Source of the DNA: an uncultured delta proteobacterium | GTDB lineage: Bacteria > Desulfobacterota > Binatia > UBA9968 | Assembly (NCBI GenBank): GCA_963745835.1 | Contig: CAVUZH010000016.1 | Span: 96,001 to 160,000 of the forward strand | Length of the DNA stretch: 64,000 nucleotides | Reading direction: 5' to 3' | Shown: one piece after another, positions 39,762-48,597 of the stretch | How positions within the stretch are numbered: the stretch's first letter is position 1 | Layout of the letters: each line of letters opens with the position of its first letter | Translations under genes and position numbers: made by a program | Notes under the pieces: model-generated | Databases searched by the model: none | Told to the model about the DNA's origin: nothing | Seen by the model: only the letters and a program-made list of their open reading frames with translations

Positions 39762-40196
39762 CTACTTCTTCTTTACCGCCTCGACGTATTTCATTCGAAG
39801 GTCAAAGAGAATGTCTTCTATCAATCGATCTTCCCCGGAATTTAAATTACCCCTGGTTTTTTCGCGTAACATGCCGATGATATCGATCATCTGCTTCGCC
39901 ACTAGACGGTCCGGTTCTATCTTCCCGGTCAGCGGATTGGCAATCTCGCCGAGATGCATGAGCGCTTGTGTGCTAAGGCTGATGACAAAGGTTGAGAAAT
40001 TGATCTCCGGCAATTGCCCTTGTTGCTCGTCGGCTTTGCCTGGCGCCAGTGAATCCTCGGCGACTTTCGTTTCGATGCTATCGACAGCATCTGTGGACGA
40101 CCCAGCGTCCTCCCGGCTGTCCCCTGTTTCAGAAAACCGCCGTCGATCTTGTACAGTGAACCCTTTGCCTTCTTTCTTTTCTTCCTCTCCGGCCAT
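39762..40196 (-). CDS. DUF1844 domain protein
   Basis: F.VQDRRRF, INFSTFVISL...ALMHLG, KTRGNL...LRMKYV. Confidence 0.85.
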   Translation of the reverse strand: MAGEEEKKEGKGFTVQDRRRFSETGDSREDAGSSTDAVDSIETKVAEDSLAPGKADEQQGQLPEINFSTFVISLSTQALMHLGEIANPLTGKIEPDRLVAKQMIDIIGMLREKTRGNLNSGEDRLIEDILFDLRMKYVEAVKKK

Positions 40197-40216
40197 GGCT
40201 ACCCTCTTCGAAAGAG

Positions 40217-40370
40217 AAAAAAAGCCTGGGAACTTTGTACCGCACGTAACGAGTTCCCAGGCACTCTCGTGTTAAGTGACCTGTATTTGATCATTCAAAG
40301 GGCGTTAAATAATCACCTGAAGCGATCATCCAGGTGCTCTATCCTCCCATTAATTCAGGCGAAATCTCAG
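40217..40370 (-). ncRNA. Candidate structured leader/sRNA ending in an intrinsic terminator
   Basis: Follows a TTGACA-17-TAGAGT promoter; internal stems; terminator GCCTGGGAACT...AGTTCCCAGGC plus U7. Confidence 0.45.
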
Positions 40371-41394
40371 GAGGAACTCTAATCCCTGCCCCCTGGCTTG
40401 TCAAGGTAACGAGCCGTTCCCAGCGCTCAAGTTGTCGGATGACTTCTGCCGGTGTCAAAGCCGCTAAACAATCACGATGGCGGCAGCTTTTCATCGCCGA
40501 AACAGCGCATGGAGAGCACGGCACCTGATGTCTGAGTACCAAGACAGTCTTTCCTCGTGGTGCCCACGTATTAACACTGGAAGGACCAAAAACAGCCGCT
40601 GTGGGAACTCCAAGAGCTGCAGCGATATGAGAAATACCGCTGTCATTGCCGACGTACAGACTGCAGCGCGCAATCGTTGCCGCCAGACGCCCCAAGGTGA
40701 TGCCGCGTATCGCTAGCCCATGATGACACAAAGATTCATAGCCTCCGCGCTCGTCTTCCACCGGTCCAAGAATCGTGATTACGCTGCCGCCAATCCGCTC
40801 TCGCCACCACCGAGCGATCACCTCAAATGAGATCAACGGCCAGTTTTTTTCACGCGCGCCGCTTCCCGGAGCGATGGCGAGCACGGGTTTCGATTTGAGG
40901 GACTTTTCAGCCCAGTAAACTTCTGCCCACTGGTCAGCATCCCGCGTCAGGGGAATGTGAGGCGTGCTCGGAACCAAATCGGCTTGAAGACACGAGAGGT
41001 AATAATCCGCCTGGTGCATCTGCGAGTTACTCGCACTGAATTGAAATATTCGGAGCCGGCCCTGAGTAGCCGTGTGAAGTTCCTGCTTATAGGTCGAATC
41101 TCCACTGCCCATCCAAGAATAAGTACAGCGGTAGGTTTCGAAAAAGCGCCGCACCTTGTCATCACTACCTCCTCCCGAGACAAATAGCTGGCGAATTTCA
41201 AAGCGCTCCAGCGATCCGACCTTTACGCGCGCCGGGACGAGCTCAGAAAGTTCGGTCCGCGTTAGCAAATCGATCGACATTCGTTCAGCAAGAAATTGGA
41301 GAGTCGGTAAGAAGCAAACGAAGTCTCCTAAGGCCCCGGGAAACAGAATTAGCGCTCGTCGATTGATCACTTCAATAATGCGCTCCCTTTGCAT
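40339..41394 (-). CDS. Glycosyltransferase family 9 (LPS heptosyltransferase-like)
   Basis: GALGD, PGSG...KNWP, GNDSGISHIAAALG.PT...FGP. Confidence 0.9.
   Translation of the reverse strand: MQRERIIEVINRRALILFPGALGDFVCFLPTLQFLAERMSIDLLTRTELSELVPARVKVGSLERFEIRQLFVSGGGSDDKVRRFFETYRCTYSWMGSGDSTYKQELHTATQGRLRIFQFSASNSQMHQADYYLSCLQADLVPSTPHIPLTRDADQWAEVYWAEKSLKSKPVLAIAPGSGAREKNWPLISFEVIARWWRERIGGSVITILGPVEDERGGYESLCHHGLAIRGITLGRLAATIARCSLYVGNDSGISHIAAALGVPTAAVFGPSSVNTWAPRGKTVLVLRHQVPCSPCAVSAMKSCRHRDCLAALTPAEVIRQLERWERLVTLTSQGAGIRVPPEISPELMGG
40376..40404 (-). promoter_or_regulatory. Sigma70-type promoter inside the 3' end of the GT9 gene
   Basis: TTGACA (40404-40399), 17 nt spacer, TAGAGT (40381-40376). 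Confidence 0.65.
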
Positions 41395-41398
41395 TTAA

Positions 41399-41427
41399 TT
41401 GACTTTAATTTGGCAAGTATATAGCAT
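41399..41427 (+). promoter_or_regulatory. Sigma70-type promoter for cysK-larE
   Basis: TTGACT-17 nt-TAGCAT. Confidence 0.6.
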
Positions 41428-41479
41428 ACGGGCAAAATCTTTTCGAATTTCGTTCCCGCTTAGGAAGTCGAGCACACCA

Positions 41480-42424
41480 TTGGCAACGTTAAACGGCGCT
41501 GGGTCCATCCTGGATCTGATCGGCTCCACACCCGTCCTCAAACTGAAAAACTTACCCGGCAAAGATGACGCCGAGGTTTGGGCAAAGTTGGAGGCGTTCA
41601 ATCCGGGCGGGTCGGTGAAGGATCGCATCTGTTCAAACATGATTGAAACCGCGGAACGTGAAGGTAAGCTGAAACCGGGGTCAACGATCGTCGAGCCGAC
41701 TAGTGGTAACACCGGTATCGGTCTAGCATTGGTTGCAGCCGTGAAGGGCTATCGTTTGGTTTTGACCATGCCAGATACCATGAGCGAAGAACGTCGCAGC
41801 TTGTTGGCCGCTTATGGAGCGCGTTTAATTCTTACTCCAGATACTAAGGGAATGGGCGGGGCTATTCACAAGGCCGAAGAACTCGTGCAAGAAAACAGTG
41901 ACTACTTCATGCCCCAGCAATTCAACAACCCGGCCAATCCCGAAAGTCATCGCCGGACGACGGCGATTGAACTGCTAAAACAATTCAAACGGATTGATGC
42001 TTTTGTCGCCGGGGTCGGCACAGGGGGTACGATCACCGGAGTCGGTGAAGTACTGAAAGACCGTTTTAAAGGTGTGAAAGTTTGCGCCGTCGAGCCGGCG
42101 TCGTCGCCGGTGATTTCCGGCGGGGAGCCGGGTTATCATAAAATTCAGGGAATCGGCGCCGGTTTCATACCGGCGGTTCTGAATCGTCAAGTTATCGACG
42201 AAATCATTCCGGTCAGTGATACGGACGCGATCAATTTTACACGCCGTTTGGCGTCTGAAGAAGGTCTTCTCGTGGGCATTTCTTCGGGCGCGGCTTGTAG
42301 TGCCGCGCTCCGCGTCGCCAAGACATTGGGAAAAGGGCAGATTGTCGTTACCGTCTTCGCGGATAAAGGAGAACACTATCTGAGCACAGATTTGTTCGGG
42401 GAGAAGCGGTGGACGCAAAATTAA
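41480..42424 (+). CDS. cysK: Cysteine synthase A
   Basis: [40 protein letters not shown]; start set at TTG 41480, downstream of the promoter. Confidence 0.92.
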   Translation: MATLNGAGSILDLIGSTPVLKLKNLPGKDDAEVWAKLEAFNPGGSVKDRICSNMIETAEREGKLKPGSTIVEPTSGNTGIGLALVAAVKGYRLVLTMPDTMSEERRSLLAAYGARLILTPDTKGMGGAIHKAEELVQENSDYFMPQQFNNPANPESHRRTTAIELLKQFKRIDAFVAGVGTGGTITGVGEVLKDRFKGVKVCAVEPASSPVISGGEPGYHKIQGIGAGFIPAVLNRQVIDEIIPVSDTDAINFTRRLASEEGLLVGISSGAACSAALRVAKTLGKGQIVVTVFADKGEHYLSTDLFGEKRWTQN

Positions 42425-43218
42425 ATTATCTAGAAACTTTACTAAGTAACACGAACGGCGCAATCGTAGCGTTTTCTGCCGGCGTCGACTCGACGTTTTT
42501 GCTGAAGATCGCCTATTCTGTCCTAGGGGAGCGCGCCGTCGCCTTGACCGCAGCATCGCCCACAGTGCCGCCGGGTGAATTCGAAGCTGCGAAGGAGTTT
42601 GCCAAAACGCTCAACTGTCGCCACATCGTTATCGAGTCCAATGAATTGGCCAATCCTTCATTCGCCCAAAATCCTTCCAACCGGTGCTTCTTCTGCAAGG
42701 ACGAGCTTTACCGACTTTGTCGAGATCAGGCGGAAAAACTAAACATTCCGGTAATTGTCGACGGTACCAATCTCGACGATTTGAAGGACCATCGCCCCGG
42801 GTTGAAAGCGGCCAAAGATTGGGGCATCCGTCATCCATTGGTAGAAGCGGAGATGACTAAAGAGGATATTAGACGCTATAGCCGAGCGCTTGATCTGCCC
42901 ACCTGGGACAAACCCTCGAGCCCTTGCCTTTCATCTCGTTTTCCATACGGGACCGAGATAAATCTCGAACGGCTGCGAAAAATCGGCGCCTGCGAGGTCT
43001 ACTTGAAGGAACTCCGTTTTCGCGAGTTCCGGGTGCGCTATCATGGAGACCTAGCGCGCATCGAGTTGTCGGCACAGGAGATCGACCGATTCTTTGATGA
43101 GGCAACGCGACAAGCCGTGGTAAAAAAATTTAAAGAGATCGGTTTCAACTATGTGAGCCTTGATTTACAAGGCTATCGCACGGGAAGTATGAACGAAACT
43201 CTGGCAAAAGCTATTTAG
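42409..43218 (+). CDS. larE: ATP-dependent sulfur transferase LarE family
   Basis: [10 protein letters not shown]-loop, [29 protein letters not shown]. Confidence 0.9.
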   Translation: MDAKLNYLETLLSNTNGAIVAFSAGVDSTFLLKIAYSVLGERAVALTAASPTVPPGEFEAAKEFAKTLNCRHIVIESNELANPSFAQNPSNRCFFCKDELYRLCRDQAEKLNIPVIVDGTNLDDLKDHRPGLKAAKDWGIRHPLVEAEMTKEDIRRYSRALDLPTWDKPSSPCLSSRFPYGTEINLERLRKIGACEVYLKELRFREFRVRYHGDLARIELSAQEIDRFFDEATRQAVVKKFKEIGFNYVSLDLQGYRTGSMNETLAKAI

Positions 43219-43909
43219 TCGACCTGCCGCTCGCAACTAGCGCCTCGGCGAAAAGCAAGTCTTCCGGCAACGTGATCTTGATATTAGTTCGTTCTCCGTC
43301 GATCAAATACACCGGTTTTCCCAAACGCTCCACCAGGCTAGCATCGTCGGTTGCGTCTTGATCGTTCGCAGCTTGATGGGCTTCAAGAATTAAGTTTCGT
43401 TCAAACGCCTGTGGCGTTTGAATTTCCCATAAGCAATCGCGGGGTGGAGTCGAGATTATTTGCCGATCTTCGGAAATCACTTTGATGGTATCCCGCACCG
43501 GCACACCCACCACAACTGCCTTTCGCGTCGGCACCTCTTCGATGACACGGTCGATCAGCTCGGCAGAGACAAACGGCCGTGCTCCATCATGGATAACCAC
43601 CATGTCGCACTCAGAAGAAACTTTTTTCAGCCCGCGGTTGACAGATTGTTGCCGGCTCGATCCGCCGGTCTGTAGGATCCATGATTGCTTGCGCGCCTGT
43701 GGGTCACTGCCTAGCAAGGATCGACAGCGTTCCAAATCCCGTTTGGCAATCACAACGATCAAATTGTTGACTCTCTTGGCGCGAAAAAATTGGTCCACCG
43801 TCCGAAGCAAAAGAGCGCGGCCGCCAATCGGAAGAAATACCTTGCTTATGCCGGCTCCTACCCGGCGTCCTTCTCCTGCCGCAACTATAATTGCTGTCGC
43901 ATTCACCAT
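43211..43909 (-). CDS. ispD: 2-C-methyl-D-erythritol 4-phosphate cytidylyltransferase
   Basis: AAGEGRR, HDGARP, QTPQ, TDDASL, NIKIT. Confidence 0.95.
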   Translation of the reverse strand: MVNATAIIVAAGEGRRVGAGISKVFLPIGGRALLLRTVDQFFRAKRVNNLIVVIAKRDLERCRSLLGSDPQARKQSWILQTGGSSRQQSVNRGLKKVSSECDMVVIHDGARPFVSAELIDRVIEEVPTRKAVVVGVPVRDTIKVISEDRQIISTPPRDCLWEIQTPQAFERNLILEAHQAANDQDATDDASLVERLGKPVYLIDGERTNIKITLPEDLLFAEALVASGRSTK

Positions 43910-43920
43910 GGTCCAGCGAA

Positions 43921-43961
43921 AAACAAAAGAGCCGAGAGGTTGACTCTCGGCTCTTTTGTTT
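43921..43961. terminator. Intrinsic terminator between carD and ispD
   Basis: aaacaaaagagccgagag-gttga-ctctcggctcttttgttt perfect stem. Confidence 0.8.
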
Positions 43962-43982
43962 TACACCATCAAACTCTAGGTC

Positions 43983-44465
43983 TTAATGAGTGAAGATATG
44001 GCGCAACTCTTCAAGAATTTTTTCCTCGGAGTGAGAGCGCGCGATTGAAAGTTCTTTCACCAGAAGATTACGCGCCGTATCCAACATCTTTCTTTCACCA
44101 AAAGATAATTCTTTATCGCCCTTAAGCACAAAGAGGTCCCGCAATACCTTAGCTATCTCGAGAATCGAACCCGTTTTGATCTTTTCCGTGTATTCACGAT
44201 AACGCCGATTCCATGTTTGTTGATCCGTTTCGACTTTTTTCTGGCGCAAGACTTTGTAGACCTTCGAAACCATGGCGCGATCGATAACCTTTCGTAATCC
44301 CACGGAATCTACATTTTCGATGGGGATCATAATCTTCATGTCGGTTTCCAGTATTCGAAGCATGTAGAATTTCCTTTCACTTCCGGAAATAACATGGATT
44401 CGAATGGCCTCGATCTCTCCCACTCCATGAGCGGGATAAACTACTTTTTCGCCAACCTTAAACAT
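43983..44465 (-). CDS. carD: CarD/CdnL family transcription factor
   Basis: FKVGEKVVYPAHGVG, TWNRRYRE, LSFGERKML. Confidence 0.95.
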   Translation of the reverse strand: MFKVGEKVVYPAHGVGEIEAIRIHVISGSERKFYMLRILETDMKIMIPIENVDSVGLRKVIDRAMVSKVYKVLRQKKVETDQQTWNRRYREYTEKIKTGSILEIAKVLRDLFVLKGDKELSFGERKMLDTARNLLVKELSIARSHSEEKILEELRHIFTH

Positions 44466-44846
44466 AGTGACCTCCTCGTGAACGATAGCGTATAGGGCAT
44501 CTCTTCGAGCTTAGGCGGATTTGTAAGGGAACGGAGACGGGAGCTGAAGTTGAAAGGAGTAAAGAGTTGAAGCGGATTTGATTGCAGAAACAGCTAGGAT
44601 GGGATCGGCGGCTGCTTCTTATTAACATTCGATATACCGTTTCATATCTTCAAAGCCTTCAAATAGAATTGGCGGTCATGCTTTCGACCGCCAACTTACC
44701 GGCACACCTTATTTATACAACAGAGCTCACAGCAGCGTCAAGAGAGCTCCATTATTTCCTAAAATGCCAAAAAAATCCGTATCTTACGCCCAAATATTAT
44801 GATCCGGAAGTTAAATAGCCGTGCCACGAAACCACGCTTCAGAGGC

Positions 44847-45269
44847 TTAGCGTAGTTCTAGAGCCATCACCAGCGCATCCTCTCCATTGTCAGAATAATA
44901 GCCTTTCCGCAGGCCTCGTATGACAAATCCGAAACTACGATAAAGATTTTGTGCTGGAGCATTAGAGAACCGAACGTCAAGGGTTACTCGAAGCCGTGCT
45001 TGGCGCCGCGCCGCATCCACCACCTGCTCAAGTAGAAGCCGCCCGATCCCTTGCCGGCGAAAATCAGGATGCACGGCGATGTTGTGGATATCTACTTCTT
45101 CAGGCAGGAACCAGAACAGAACATAACCAACAATGCGGCCTTCCACTTCGGCCAGAATGGAACGGGCGCAGTCCACCTGTAGTTCATCTAGAAAAAAGCG
45201 GGTGCTCCAGGGAAATTGAAAGGATGCCCTCTCTATGGCAATGACATTTTCTATATCTGCGGCGGTCAT
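44847..45269 (-). CDS. rimI: Ribosomal protein S18 alanine N-acetyltransferase
   Basis: IERASF.FPWS, NIAVHP..RRQGIG, RKGYY.DNGEDALVM. Confidence 0.9.
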   Translation of the reverse strand: MTAADIENVIAIERASFQFPWSTRFFLDELQVDCARSILAEVEGRIVGYVLFWFLPEEVDIHNIAVHPDFRRQGIGRLLLEQVVDAARRQARLRVTLDVRFSNAPAQNLYRSFGFVIRGLRKGYYSDNGEDALVMALELR

Positions 45270-45299
45270 TGAACGAACTGAAGCGACCTTGCTCGACGC

Positions 45300-45334
45300 A
45301 AAAAAGCCACAGGCTACTTCACTATCCTGTGGCT
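45300..45334 (-). terminator. Intrinsic terminator after the ferredoxin fusion gene
   Basis: agccacagg...cctgtggct stem with A-run on the + strand. Confidence 0.6.
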
Positions 45335-45372
45335 CAGGCCGGTTAAGAGAAGTAGTTTGGCCAGACTTATCT

Positions 45373-46770
45373 TTACTGATAGGTAGCTCCCAAAGGAGTG
45401 CTTCGATCTTTTAACAAAAGGACTTCAAGCAGCTTATTTTCGAACTTATGCGCAAATCCAACAATTCGACCCTGCAGTGGAATTACGGTAGTAAATTCCG
45501 GCGGAAACGCGCCCACACTGGAGGAGATCTTTCTGACCCGCTCGTCACTGCACCTGCCTCGAACTATAAATTGCCCACTTTTAAGGGCGAGATCATAATC
45601 ATAATCGGGCATTTCATCGGATATCTTTTGACGATCAGCAACTCCGATGTCGGGAAGCGATCGCGGAAACTCAAGTCGTAAGAGCAACGCCCCGCCTCGA
45701 TCTTCAACGGTATAAACATTGCCGTAGCGTCTTTCGCGTTCAAGCTTGTCAACGAAACCGCGGGAGTAAAAACCATCGACGGGAATCGGCAGATTGCGAA
45801 CCATACCAGTCTGCTTGGCCAACAAAGGTTGCAATAAAATGCCTAGCGGGATGCCGTAAATCGCCGCCGGTAACTTCATCTCTTCTGTAGGTTTGGCGTG
45901 AAAGATTCCATCTCTCAAGCGATAAATTCCCTCGATTAGCGCTAGGATAATACCAATAAAAACGAACATATTGATGTCTTGACTGAAGAGAACTGCCGGC
46001 CCCTTGACCACCGCGGCCAGTACCATCAGCACAATTGGGTATAACACCGCATTATGAAGGATGTTCAGACCCGTGGCGCCGGCAGCACTGAAAACAACAG
46101 GATTTTGTACCGCTGACTCCAGGCTTTTCTTCATCTTATGCGGTAACGCGCCGAGCACGGGTTGAGCCAATCCAATAAGCAAGCGTTTACTTCGGCTTAA
46201 CTTTCCACCCCGAAATTGCATTACAAGTTCGTCGAAGTCGTTCGGCAGTTCATCGGGAAAAATCTTTTTTGTCTTGGCTTCTCTCTTGGGCTCGGGCGCG
46301 GTTTTTGGCATTGATTTAACAACATTGGCCGGAGCGACCGCCGGCTTGGCCGCTGTGACAGCAGGAGGCGTCAATGGCTTCACCGATGGAATTGCCATGG
46401 CAGCGGCAGCCGTAACGGGTGCAGAAGGCGGCAGCGCACTTTTCTCAGATGCTTCAACGGCAGGAGCGACCTGAGCTCCATTGCCTTTGCGAAATCGTGA
46501 CTGGAAATCAGCGCCAAAACTGGTTTCCGGGTGGATCGCTTTGGCCCGAGCAATCAGAACTTCTTCGCTCTCTATATTATTGGGATCGGTTACACAGCAG
46601 TCGACTGGGCAGACAGCCGCGCAGGCTTCGAAATCATGAAACCCAACGCACTCCGTGCATAAAAGCGGGTCGATGACATAAATAGGATCACCCTGACTAA
46701 TCGCGTTGTTTGGACACTCAGGCTCGCAGGCCCCGCAGTTGATACACTCGCTGGTAATCGTTGTCGCCAT
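45373..46770 (-). CDS. YfhL-like 2x[4Fe-4S] ferredoxin fused to linker, membrane segment and HSP20-like C-terminal domain
   Basis: CINCGACEPECP, CTECVG...CAAVCPVDCC; Pro/Ala linker; two hydrophobic helices; C-terminus KFENKLLEVLLLK. Confidence 0.75.
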   Translation of the reverse strand: MATTITSECINCGACEPECPNNAISQGDPIYVIDPLLCTECVGFHDFEACAAVCPVDCCVTDPNNIESEEVLIARAKAIHPETSFGADFQSRFRKGNGAQVAPAVEASEKSALPPSAPVTAAAAMAIPSVKPLTPPAVTAAKPAVAPANVVKSMPKTAPEPKREAKTKKIFPDELPNDFDELVMQFRGGKLSRSKRLLIGLAQPVLGALPHKMKKSLESAVQNPVVFSAAGATGLNILHNAVLYPIVLMVLAAVVKGPAVLFSQDINMFVFIGIILALIEGIYRLRDGIFHAKPTEEMKLPAAIYGIPLGILLQPLLAKQTGMVRNLPIPVDGFYSRGFVDKLERERRYGNVYTVEDRGGALLLRLEFPRSLPDIGVADRQKISDEMPDYDYDLALKSGQFIVRGRCSDERVRKISSSVGAFPPEFTTVIPLQGRIVGFAHKFENKLLEVLLLKDRSTPLGATYQ

Positions 46771-46892
46771 TAAGAAAACTCCCGGATTTTGTTTTTTAAT
46801 TACGTGGTTAGCCTAGAGTTGTCAATATAAACAGAAGATAGACAGAGACGTTCTTGCATGTAAGAGAAAGATCATGTTAGCTATCGCTTCAA

Positions 46893-46968
46893 GGCGGCGT
46901 ACCCAAGTGGTTAAGGGAGAGGTCTGCAAAACCTCGATGCAGCGGTTCGAATCCGCTCGCCGCCTCCA
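46893..46968 (+). tRNA. tRNA-Cys (GCA)
   Basis: Acceptor GGCGGCG/CGCCGCC, anticodon arm GAGGT-CTGCAAA-ACCTC, GGTTCGAATCC T-arm, U73 and encoded CCA. Confidence 0.96.
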
Positions 46969-47028
46969 GTGAGAATATCAGTTTCCCCTAAGCTTGTCTG
47001 CCTCCGTGCCGTAGGTTCACTCCGTCGA

Positions 47029-47298
47029 TCACGAACTGCCCGCCGTTTCATTCAACAGTTTATCCAATTCACCAGAGGTCTCTAAACTCAGCACATCGTC
47101 GTATCCGCCGATTGGCTTACCGTCGATAAATATTTGAGGGACAGTTCTCCGGCCTGATAACCGCTCCATATCGAGTCTGAGCTTTGGCTCTTCGGAGACA
47201 TCTATTTCGGTGAAATCTACCTTCTTTGCGGCAAACAACGACTTCGCTGCCCGACAATACGGACACCAGCTGGTTGTATACATGACCACTTGTGGCAT
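47029..47298 (-). CDS. grxC: Glutaredoxin 3
   Basis: CPYC, TVPQIFI, GGYDD. Confidence 0.92.
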   Translation of the reverse strand: MPQVVMYTTSWCPYCRAAKSLFAAKKVDFTEIDVSEEPKLRLDMERLSGRRTVPQIFIDGKPIGGYDDVLSLETSGELDKLLNETAGSS

Positions 47299-47367
47299 AA
47301 ACTCCTCCCCTGAAATCCGATTCGGCTGTTCGTTGCAACCCCACGTCTATTTTGCCATTACTGTTGC

Positions 47368-47964
47368 GTGAAATTAATAGGCCTTACCGGCGGCATCGCT
47401 TCGGGGAAAAGCACCGTTTCAGCTATTCTTCGCCGACTTGACGCCCAAGTCATCGATGCCGATGCGCTTGCCCGCGAAGTTGTCGAGCCGCATCAGCCGG
47501 GCTGGAATGAGATCGTCGGTACTTTCGGTAAGGAAATCCTGCAGTCGGACCAAACACTGGATCGGAAAAAATTGAGAAAACTTGTCTTCGACGAGCCGAA
47601 AGCGCGAAAACAGCTGGAAGCCATTACCCATCCCAAGATTCGCCGATTGGCGCAGGAAAAAATTGCAGAGTGCGCTGCTACCGGAGCGCCTCTTGTGGTT
47701 TATGAAGCGCCGCTTTTATTTGAAACCGGGATTCATCTTTGGCTTCGCCCGGTCATTCTAGTGGCCTGCGACACTGCGGCTCAGAAACGGCGCCTCCGCC
47801 AGCGAGATAGTTTAACCGAAGCGGAAATTGAGCAACATCTCGGAGCTCAAATGAGCTTGGAGGAAAAACGAAAGCTGGCGGACTATGTGATCGACAACAA
47901 CGGTACCCTTGAGGATCTCGAGAGTACGGTGAAGAGGCTAGTCCAAACGATTCTCGCTACTTGA
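47368..47964 (+). CDS. coaE: Dephospho-CoA kinase
   Basis: GLTGGIASGKST, IDAD, THP, PLLFE. Confidence 0.95.
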   Translation: MKLIGLTGGIASGKSTVSAILRRLDAQVIDADALAREVVEPHQPGWNEIVGTFGKEILQSDQTLDRKKLRKLVFDEPKARKQLEAITHPKIRRLAQEKIAECAATGAPLVVYEAPLLFETGIHLWLRPVILVACDTAAQKRRLRQRDSLTEAEIEQHLGAQMSLEEKRKLADYVIDNNGTLEDLESTVKRLVQTILAT

Positions 47965-48517
47965 CCCGTTCCAGATAACTGCCCTCTGCGGGATCCACTC
48001 TCACTCTATCGCCGACTTGAACAAACGGCGGCACTTGAATCGTAACTCCGGTTTCGAGTTTCGCCGGTTTGTAGGACGCGCTGGCCGTAGCTCCTTTCAT
48101 CGAGGGTTCGGTATCGACGACTTCGAGATCCACGGTGGATGGCGGGCTGATCCCCACCGGCTTCCCATCGTACAATTCCACTTCTACCACATGGTTGGGC
48201 AGCAGAAACGATAGCAGGTCTCCGATATCATCGGCCGATAATGTCATCTGCTCATAGTTCTCAGTGTCCATGAAGGTGTGCATATCTCCTTCAGCATATA
48301 AATATTGCATCTGTCGAGTTTGCAAAATCGCCTGGTCGACACGATCTTCAGAGCGAAACTTGTATTCGGTACCTACACCCGTACGTAGGCTTTTCATTTT
48401 AGTCTGCATGAATCCCCGCTTGTTGCCGGGGGTCAGATGGTGCACCGCGGTGACGCGATAGAGATCATTTTCATGAACGATAATCATGCCGGGTCTTAAT
48501 TGAGTTGCTTGAATCAT
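47957..48517 (-). CDS. efp: Elongation factor P
   Basis: QYLY...FMD.ENYEQ, KPAKLETG...VPPF; tip loop TPGNKRG. Confidence 0.93.
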   Translation of the reverse strand: MIQATQLRPGMIIVHENDLYRVTAVHHLTPGNKRGFMQTKMKSLRTGVGTEYKFRSEDRVDQAILQTRQMQYLYAEGDMHTFMDTENYEQMTLSADDIGDLLSFLLPNHVVEVELYDGKPVGISPPSTVDLEVVDTEPSMKGATASASYKPAKLETGVTIQVPPFVQVGDRVRVDPAEGSYLERVK

Positions 48518-48597
48518 ATTAAACTTCCTTCCTTCGCCACCGCCGCTGTTGCTACCGGGGTGCTACGCTTCATCTATTGGTCTAGTTCACCCTATAA

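Noticed and set aside
40217-40370. 6S RNA or a known riboswitch (c-di-AMP, SAM, Mn, fluoride)
   Set aside because: Consensus motifs were not recognisable by eye; kept only as an unnamed candidate.
46893-47030. Island integrated at tRNA-Cys
   Set aside because: No duplicated tRNA 3' end or integrase; flanked by housekeeping genes.
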